From an uncultured Chloroflexia bacterium (GTDB taxonomy: Bacteria; Chloroflexota; Limnocylindria; Limnocylindrales; CSP1-4): a stretch of 64,000 bases of DNA. The notes beneath the pieces are model-generated. The model was given only the letters and a program-made list of their open reading frames with translations. It was not told where the DNA came from and made no database searches. How positions within the stretch are numbered: position 1 is the first letter of the stretch; every line of letters begins with the position of its first letter. Both the position numbers and the translations under genes were made by a program. Positions 57,664 through 64,000 of the stretch are shown in pieces. The DNA lies in the NCBI GenBank assembly GCA_963768655.1, contig CAVYIM010000003.1, positions 160,001 to 224,000 on the forward strand. The letters are read 5' to 3'.

Positions 57664-58106
57664 AGGTCATCCTGACCGCCGACGTCGACAAGCTCGGCAA
57701 GAGCGGCGAGATGAAGGATGTCGCCGAAGGTTATGCCCGGAACTTCCTGATTCCGAAGAAGGTCGCAGTTCCCGCCGCCGGAGGGGCATTCCGCGCCTGG
57801 CAGCACGACATTGCCAGCCGCGAGGAGAAACGGCAGCGCGAACGCGAAGAGGCCGAGATCGCGGCCACGCGTGTCGCCAGCACGACGCTGACGATGGGCG
57901 TGAAGGTCGGCGAGGGCGGGAAGCTCTACGGCTCGATCACGGCCAAGGACATCGCCGACGCGCTGGCGCGCCGCGGCATCACCGTCGATCGCCACAAGGT
58001 GGAGCTGCCCGACCCGCTCAAGTCGCTGGGCACCTACAAGGTCGCCATCAAGGTCTACCCGGGCATGACCCCTGAGGTCACGGTCGTCGTCGAACCGAAG
58101 GGCTGA
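57660..58106 (+). CDS. rplI: 50S ribosomal protein L9
   Basis: MKVIL, GYARNFLIP, GKLYGSIT. Confidence 0.98.
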   Translation: MKVILTADVDKLGKSGEMKDVAEGYARNFLIPKKVAVPAAGGAFRAWQHDIASREEKRQREREEAEIAATRVASTTLTMGVKVGEGGKLYGSITAKDIADALARRGITVDRHKVELPDPLKSLGTYKVAIKVYPGMTPEVTVVVEPKG

Positions 58107-58118
58107 GCAAGGGGCCCG

Positions 58119-59621
58119 CTAAGGCTCGTACAGCTCCGCCGAGGCCAGAATCGTCGCGCCATCGTCGCCTCCGGCGATGAGTACGCTGCCGTCGTCCAGG
58201 AGGGCGGCAGATGCGCAGAAGCGGGCGGACGTCATCGATCCGAGCTGGCTGAAAGTGCCGGCGGCCGGGTCGTACAACTCCATCGTTGAGGAGGCCGCGG
58301 TGCCATCCTTGCCGCCGGCGATCAGGACCCTGCCATCGGGCAGCAGCGTCGCCGTCTGCCAGAACGCTGCGTGCGCCATGGATCCGGTTGCGCTGAACTT
58401 CCCGGTCGCGGGGTCGTAGATCTCCGCCGACGCGATCGCCGGTCCGTCGTACAGATGCTCCGCGCCTCCGGCGATCAGGACCCGGCCGTCAGCGAGCAGG
58501 GTCGCCGTGGGCATGGAGCGGGCGACGACCATCGAGCCGGTCGTCGTGAACTCTCCGGTCGCGGGGTCGTAGATCTCTGCTGATGCGAGCGCAGGATTGG
58601 ACCCCCAGTCCGAGCCGCCAACGATCAGGACGCGGCCGTCGGGCAGCAGCGTCGCCGAATCGTTGCCACGGCCTTGCTGCAGCGAGCCGGTGACGCTGAA
58701 CGTGCCGGTCTCGGGGTCGTACAGGTAGGCCGCGTCGCTTCCCCCGGTCCCGCCCGCGAGGAGGACGCGGCCGTCCTGGAGCAGGGTCGCGGTGCCCTCG
58801 TTGAAAGTCGCTGGCATGGATCCGGTCTGCGAGAACTTGCCGGTCGAGGGATCGTACAGCTCCGCCTCGTCGAGATAGTCCGAGCCCGAATCGCCTCCGG
58901 CGATCAAGACCCGCCCGTCATTCAGCAGGGTTGCGGTCTGGCCGACCCTGGGGGACAGCATCGATCCCGTGCGAGTGAAGGTGCCGGTCGCCGGGTCGTA
59001 GAGTTCCGCGGAAGCGGTGATGGCGGGGCCGTCCCGGGTCTGCCCGCCGGCGATGAGGACACGGCCGTCGAGCAGCCGCGTCGCGGTCTGATAGACACGA
59101 GGGGAGGTCATGGAGGCCGCAGGTCTGGACACGACCGGCTGCGCGGATGGGCTCGGGCTCGGCTCGTCGGTCGGAGTCGAGATGGGCTCGGTCTCCTCGG
59201 TCGGCGTGGCGCTCGGGCTCGGCTCGTCGGTGGGCGTCTGGCCTGCCGCAGGCTCGTCGGTCGGCGTCTCTATCGGCTCGTCGGTCGGCGCGAGCGAATC
59301 CGTCGGGCTTTCGAGGTCCGCGACCGGCTGAGAGCTGGCGGCCGGCGCGTTGCTCGAAGGTCCTCCGAGCAAGTACGCTCCGCCGACCGCGGCGCCGCCG
59401 AAGGCGATCACGAGGGCGATCAGGCCCATCTGAATGAGCAGGAGGCGGTGACCGCGGGCCAGGCTGGCGACGGCCCCAACTGCACGCACCGCCGGCCCGT
59501 CCCGTGAAAGGGCTGCGGCCTCGATCTTGCGTGAGACGTCGATGCCGCAGCGTTCGCAGTAGCGGTCGTCGGTGAGGATGAGCGGCTTGCCGCAGACCGG
59601 GCAGATCATCGAAGCGGACAT
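58119..59621 (-). CDS. Zinc ribbon, TM, PTDEP linker, Kelch/galactose-oxidase-like beta-propeller
   Basis: CPVC..CERC; repeated [15 protein letters not shown]...SAE(L/I)YDP blades; GGGGA before ATG 59621. Confidence 0.85.
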   Translation of the reverse strand: MSASMICPVCGKPLILTDDRYCERCGIDVSRKIEAAALSRDGPAVRAVGAVASLARGHRLLLIQMGLIALVIAFGGAAVGGAYLLGGPSSNAPAASSQPVADLESPTDSLAPTDEPIETPTDEPAAGQTPTDEPSPSATPTEETEPISTPTDEPSPSPSAQPVVSRPAASMTSPRVYQTATRLLDGRVLIAGGQTRDGPAITASAELYDPATGTFTRTGSMLSPRVGQTATLLNDGRVLIAGGDSGSDYLDEAELYDPSTGKFSQTGSMPATFNEGTATLLQDGRVLLAGGTGGSDAAYLYDPETGTFSVTGSLQQGRGNDSATLLPDGRVLIVGGSDWGSNPALASAEIYDPATGEFTTTGSMVVARSMPTATLLADGRVLIAGGAEHLYDGPAIASAEIYDPATGKFSATGSMAHAAFWQTATLLPDGRVLIAGGKDGTAASSTMELYDPAAGTFSQLGSMTSARFCASAALLDDGSVLIAGGDDGATILASAELYEP

Positions 59622-59785
59622 CTCTTCCCCCTTTGTTGGCGCGGGGCGGGGCGCCCAGTCATCGCGTCCGGCGACCTGCGGCGGGTGAGACGCGCCGGCG
59701 ACGGTCGATGTCTCGCTCCCGATTCGACCTTCGTTGGCGCTGGGCCGGAGCCAGCCCCAGTGAAGCCGGGGAACCGCCGGAAGCG

Positions 59786-60661
59786 CTAGAAGCGGGGTGG
59801 GCCGGCGGCGATTCGGCGGCGCATGTCGGCGAGCGTGCCGCGCGACGGGTTGATCCGTTCGGTCCACCACGTGGCTCCGGCCCCGGCGAACTCCGCGGCC
59901 GTGGCGGCGGCTGCTGACAGGTCGTCGGCCGGAGTGACGCCGGCCACGAGCACGTCGAATGGCCGTTCGGCGGGAGTTACGCCGGCCCGCTCCGTGGCCA
60001 GTGCGCGCTCCTCGGCGATGACGGCGCAGACGCCCCGGACGTCGTCCGGAGTGAGTGCCTGGCTCGTGCCGTCGGAGGCGCGCCGCAGCGGCCACACCCC
60101 GTCCCATCGGGCGGCGCGCCGTAGCGGGGCTCGGACAGGCCAGGTGGCGGCAACCCAGATCGGTATCCGTGGCTGCTGGAGGGGGGTCGGAAGGAACGTG
60201 GCTTCGTCGATTCGGTAGTGGGCGCCCTCGAACGAGAAGGGTCGCCCGCTCCACAGGCCGTCGAGTATCGCCAGCCCTTCGTCCAGCATCGCAGCCCGGA
60301 TGCGCAGGTCCGACTCGTCGCCGAACGCAGTGAACTCGCGGTCACGACTTCCGTTGCCCACACCCAGGGTGAGCCGCCCGCCGGAGAGATGGTCGAGGGT
60401 CGCGGCCTCGCGGGCCAGGTGCGACGGGCGGCGGCGCGCCATCGGCGTCACCATCGGCCCCAGCCGGATGCGGGTCGTGGCCGTGGCGATGGCGGCGAGG
60501 AGCAGCCACGGATCGGCGTGCGGGTCGGCCGGGTCGCGCATGATGTGGTCCCAGACCCACACCGCATCCCAACCGGCGGTTTCCGCATCACGCGCCACCT
60601 CCGCCGTCAGCCGGGGGTCGGCGAAGTGCCCGAAGTTCGGGATGTCGATAGCGAACTGCAT
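59786..60661 (-). CDS. LLM-class flavin-dependent oxidoreductase
   Basis: [36 protein letters not shown]. Confidence 0.9.
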   Translation of the reverse strand: MQFAIDIPNFGHFADPRLTAEVARDAETAGWDAVWVWDHIMRDPADPHADPWLLLAAIATATTRIRLGPMVTPMARRRPSHLAREAATLDHLSGGRLTLGVGNGSRDREFTAFGDESDLRIRAAMLDEGLAILDGLWSGRPFSFEGAHYRIDEATFLPTPLQQPRIPIWVAATWPVRAPLRRAARWDGVWPLRRASDGTSQALTPDDVRGVCAVIAEERALATERAGVTPAERPFDVLVAGVTPADDLSAAAATAAEFAGAGATWWTERINPSRGTLADMRRRIAAGPPRF

Positions 60662-60831
60662 GCGAGTAGGGTACCGGGCGAGGCGGGCCGGGGTCGTCGA
60701 GGCGCGGTCGCCGCCGGCTCTCTGGCTGCCCCAACCTCCGTCCTCACCTCTCCGGCCGTTCTCGCCTCCGCCTCTCCGGTCCCACCCGCGACCCCCTCGC
60801 CACGCGCGCGCCGCAGCGCCATCATTCGGCT

Positions 60832-62079
60832 ATGACAGCCGGCCGCCTGACCATCATCCACGTGGACCTCGACGCGTTCTTCGCGGCGGTCGAGCAGCGC
60901 GATCATCCGGAGTTGCGCGGCAAGCCCGTCATCGTCGGCGGCGACCCGCGGTCACGAGGCGTCGTCAGCACCTGCAGCTACGAGGCGCGCAAGTTCGGGG
61001 TCCATTCGGCCATGCCGCTCCGCACGGCCCTCTCGCTCTGCCCGAACGGCATCTTCGTGCCTGTCGACGGCGCCAAGTACCAACGCGTCAGCCGCGACGT
61101 GATGACGGTGCTCCGGCGCTTCACTCCAGCTGTCGAGCAGGTCTCGATCGACGAAGCATTCCTGGACGTTGCCGGCTCAGAGGGGTTGTTCGGGCCCGCG
61201 CCTGAGATCGCCCGCCGCATCAAGCGGGAGGTCGTGGGGACGGTCGGCCTGACGGTCTCGGTCGGCGTCGCGACGAACAAGCTCGTCGCCAAAGTCGGGA
61301 GCGATCTGCGCAAGCCCGACGGCCTCGTCGTGGTCCAACCCGGCGAAGAGGCCGCCTTCCTGGCGCCGCTCGAGATCCGACGGCTGTGGGGGATCGGGCC
61401 CAAGATGGCCGATCGGCTGCATGGCCTGGGCATCCGAACGATCGGCGACCTGGCCGCGCTGCCCGTGGAGACGCTCGGCCGCGCTCTCGGCGACCACGGC
61501 GCCACGCTGCATGATCGGGCGCTCGGGATCGACACGGAGCCGGTTCACGGCGGCGGCGAGGCGGCCAAGTCGGTCAGCCACGAGACGACTTTCGCGGTCG
61601 ACGTGACGGACACGGCCGAAATCGAGCGGACGCTGCTCGCGCTTACCGAAGGCGTGTCCGCTCGGCTGCGGGCCGCCGGGATGCGGGCCGGGACGGTGGC
61701 GGTCAAGATTCGAGACTCCCACTTTCGAACGATCACGCGCCAGAAGTCCCTGCCGGAGCCCAGCGACCTCACGGACACGATCTGGCGGGCGGCCCTGGAA
61801 CTGGCGCGGCCGGAGGTGCGCGGCAAGAAGATCCGGCTCCTCGGCGTCTCGGCGACGGGTCTCGGCCAGCCGGAGCAGACAAGCATGTTCGAGATCGTGG
61901 ACGAGAAGCAGCGGCGCGTCGTCGATGCGACAGACGCGGTGCGGCGGCGCTTCGGCGACCGAGCCGTCACGCGCGCGAGCCTGCTCCATCGCCCCATGCC
62001 TTCGCCGTTCGAGCGCGATCCGGCCTCCGCCGTCGAGGGCCGCGTCGGGATCCCGAAGATCGAGGACGAGATCGAGTAG
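60832..62079 (+). CDS. dinB: DNA polymerase IV
   Basis: HVDLDAFFAAVE, SYEARKFGV, SIDEAFLD, KPDG. Confidence 0.96.
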   Translation: MTAGRLTIIHVDLDAFFAAVEQRDHPELRGKPVIVGGDPRSRGVVSTCSYEARKFGVHSAMPLRTALSLCPNGIFVPVDGAKYQRVSRDVMTVLRRFTPAVEQVSIDEAFLDVAGSEGLFGPAPEIARRIKREVVGTVGLTVSVGVATNKLVAKVGSDLRKPDGLVVVQPGEEAAFLAPLEIRRLWGIGPKMADRLHGLGIRTIGDLAALPVETLGRALGDHGATLHDRALGIDTEPVHGGGEAAKSVSHETTFAVDVTDTAEIERTLLALTEGVSARLRAAGMRAGTVAVKIRDSHFRTITRQKSLPEPSDLTDTIWRAALELARPEVRGKKIRLLGVSATGLGQPEQTSMFEIVDEKQRRVVDATDAVRRRFGDRAVTRASLLHRPMPSPFERDPASAVEGRVGIPKIEDEIE

Positions 62080-62089
62080 GTCCGCCGGA

Positions 62090-62440
62090 GGGTGGAGCCC
62101 GAGGTTTCGCGTCCACCTGCGCCCGGCACGCCGGTCCTTCGGGCACTGATGTTTCTCGATTTCCCACCCCACCGACATTGAGCAAGGATCGGCGATCGGA
62201 ACGACCGCCTGGCGCCACAGAGCGGCCGAAAGGGCTCCCGATAGGGTCGAACCCGGGTCTCGAGGCGCCGTCGTGGCACCTCGAGCGGCAGCAATTCCGG
62301 TGTGGTTGGCGGTGCAGACGGGGCGCGGTTGCCTTGTGTCGTCCTGATGGGGAATTACGAGGCCAGTCCTGCTGCCGGCCGCAGGCCGCGAGGGTGGGGT
62401 CGTGCCTCCGACGGCAATCGCACGGCCGTTCGCTTTCTTG
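62090..62440 (-). ncRNA. Candidate structured non-coding RNA of unknown family
   Basis: Four nested long-range helices plus local hairpins whose G-U pairs favour the minus strand; ends approximate. Confidence 0.45.
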
Positions 62441-62506
62441 TGACACACTAGCTGTCACGAGGGACACGCACCATCGCGGCGTCAATGAAGGCCCCGAGCA
62501 ACTGAC

Positions 62507-62560
62507 TTGACATCGAACGTCTGTTCGACTAGTCTGGCAGTGCAATAGAACGTCCGTTCT
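62507..62560 (+). promoter_or_regulatory. Promoter with two SOS boxes
   Basis: TTGACA-17-TAGTCT; GAAC-N4-GTTC at 62515-62526 and 62548-62559. Confidence 0.88.
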
Positions 62561-62616
62561 TCAGCTCAAGTGCCCCCGAGCGAACGACGGCCCGCCAAGG
62601 CGAAGAGGAGTCCGCG

Positions 62617-62886
62617 ATGGCCATCGTCCGTATGGAACCTGTCAACGTCCGCGTCCGAGCCGGCTGGCTGGACGGCAGCCCGCGCGAGATCACCTGGGGC
62701 GACGTTCGCCTGCCGGTGACGCGACTGACCGCCGTGCGAAGCGAGATCTCAGCCTTCCGGGCCGCCGTCGGGCCCCGCACCTACTTCGAAGTCGAGACGC
62801 CCGGAGTCAAACTGGCGCTCTGCTACACCCATCGATCGCACCGCTGGACGGTCAATGGGGTCGACGACGAAGTGGGTCTGGTGTGA
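62617..62886 (+). CDS. Small, probably SOS-regulated protein (DUF6504-like)
   Basis: RBS GAGGAG; EPVNV...P...W...RTYFEV...WTVNGVD pattern. Confidence 0.75.
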   Translation: MAIVRMEPVNVRVRAGWLDGSPREITWGDVRLPVTRLTAVRSEISAFRAAVGPRTYFEVETPGVKLALCYTHRSHRWTVNGVDDEVGLV

Positions 62887-63016
62887 GCGTCCGCCCAGCC
62901 GAATCCACGGTCACCGGCCTGCCGGACCGGTTGCCCGCCCGGCCGGCAGTGCCACCCCGCCGGCGGATTCCGCGAGCGACCAACGGGATCGGCGGTTTGT
63001 TCCCTACAATCGCGCA

Positions 63017-63685
63017 ATGGCAGAGAAACGGAAATCCGTCTCGTTCGCTGATCTGACCGTTGGCCAGTTCGTAGAGCGCCTTTCCTCGGCCGAACCCGTT
63101 CCTGGAGGAGGAGCGGCTTCCGCCCTGGCTGCGGCGCTGGGTGCGGCACTCGTGTCCATGGTCGCGGGCCTGTCGGAGGGGCGGTCGAAGTACGCGGCCT
63201 ATGAGGCCACGCTGACACGAGCCAGCGCCGCGGGCAACGAACTAGCGGCGGAGTTGCTGGCAATCTCCGATAGAGACGCGGACGCGTACGCCCGCTACGC
63301 CGCGGCGCTGAAGCTGCCGCGGGACACGGATCAGCAGATCGAGGCGCGGCGGGAGGCGATCCGAGCGGCGGCGCGGGTGGCATCGGATGCGCCGTGGGAT
63401 TGCGTTCGCGCGTGCCAGCGGCTGGCGGAGCTCGCCGAGGCGCTCGCCGGGCGAAGCAACGTCAACGCCTCCAGCGACGTGCTCGTGGCGGCGCTGCTCG
63501 CCGAAGCGGGCGCGCGGGGAGCGGCCGAGAACGTGCGCATCAACCTGCCTTCGACCGGGGACGAGGCGTATTCGGAGGCGATGGACTGCCAGGTGGACGA
63601 AGCTCTCCACGACATCTCGGCGCTGGCGTCGCGGACCAGGGAGATGGTCCTGTCGGGACGGGCGAGAGACCCGGAGGACGAGTGA
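63017..63685 (+). CDS. Cyclodeaminase/cyclohydrolase family protein (FTCD C-terminal / FchA-like)
   Basis: PVPGGGAASA, DADAY, SNVNASSD, NVRINL; ATG 6 nt after TACAAT. Confidence 0.88.
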   Translation: MAEKRKSVSFADLTVGQFVERLSSAEPVPGGGAASALAAALGAALVSMVAGLSEGRSKYAAYEATLTRASAAGNELAAELLAISDRDADAYARYAAALKLPRDTDQQIEARREAIRAAARVASDAPWDCVRACQRLAELAEALAGRSNVNASSDVLVAALLAEAGARGAAENVRINLPSTGDEAYSEAMDCQVDEALHDISALASRTREMVLSGRARDPEDE

Positions 63686-64000
63686 GCGACCGCCGCGACG
63701 GGACGACCGCCACGACCGGACTCGCCGCGACGGCGCCGACCACCGGGGCGCCGGCGGCCGGGGCGACGGGCGCCACCACTACCGCGCCGTCGGACGCGAC
63801 AGCCGAAACGGCGGGCCCGCGGCTGCTGGCCGGCGGCCCCATAGCGGCCGAGATTCGAGCCGGCCTGACGGCCGAATTCGCCGCGTTCAAGGAGCACTGG
63901 GGTTACGTGCCCGCTATGGCCGTCGTCCTTGTCGGCGCGGACGCGCCCTCCGCTGTGTACCTCGGGCAGATCCTGCGGACGTGCGAGCGAGTGGGAGTCC
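63682..64000 (+). CDS. folD: FolD (methylene-THF dehydrogenase), 3'-truncated by window edge
   Basis: GTGA overlap; LLAGGPIAAEIR...PAMAVVLVGADAPSAVY...CERVGV. Confidence 0.85.
   Translation, partial: MSDRRDGTTATTGLAATAPTTGAPAAGATGATTTAPSDATAETAGPRLLAGGPIAAEIRAGLTAEFAAFKEHWGYVPAMAVVLVGADAPSAVYLGQILRTCERVGV

Noticed and set aside
62240-62260. tRNA-like GGTTCGA on minus strand
   Set aside because: No 5-bp T stem, acceptor stem or cloverleaf
62070-62425. Group II intron-like ends (GTGCG ... CCTACTCGAT on minus strand)
   Set aside because: The 3' motif is just the reverse complement of the dinB end; no domain V and no RT ORF

Overview
A high-GC bacterial chromosome window. Gene content (Tad pilus with no secretin in the window, Gram-positive-type LexA boxes, heliorhodopsin, many apparently leaderless genes) suggests a monoderm lineage such as Chloroflexota; this is inference. 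Order: partial tsaC, an exported protein with an exact 148-bp duplication, glyA, the F1Fo ATP synthase operon (atpG has an apparent 1-nt frameshift), murA (Cys->Asp), mreB, PHP, flippase-like and XRE genes. A long minus-strand run follows: 2 membrane glycosyltransferases, degS-like, degU-like, a degenerate degS paralog, 2 Flp pilins missed by the ORF track, cpaB-cpaE-cpaF-tadB-tadC, DUF192, comF, hpf, nfo, 2 more glycosyltransferases. Then come a GT2/GT87/GNAT/GT4 block and pcm. The best candidate for an undescribed system is a minus-strand cassette at 41779-48772: STAND-NTPase/BTAD regulator, promoter and structured leader, an unannotated 29-aa signal-peptide-like ORF (MRRRIESLLLVLGAGLMAAAAGGASYRPF), a membrane HD-GYP phosphodiesterase and a DUF5317-MFS fusion. 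It looks like a peptide-signalling module wired to cyclic dinucleotide turnover. The rest holds DUF3048, dodecin, dnaB, lexA, heliorhodopsin, a hybrid kinase, rplI, a Kelch protein, an LLM oxidoreductase, dinB, a ~350-nt structured intergenic ncRNA candidate, a small gene with two LexA boxes, an fchA-like gene and partial folD. No tRNA, rRNA, CRISPR array or transposase was seen. All family calls come from motifs recognised by eye, not database searches.
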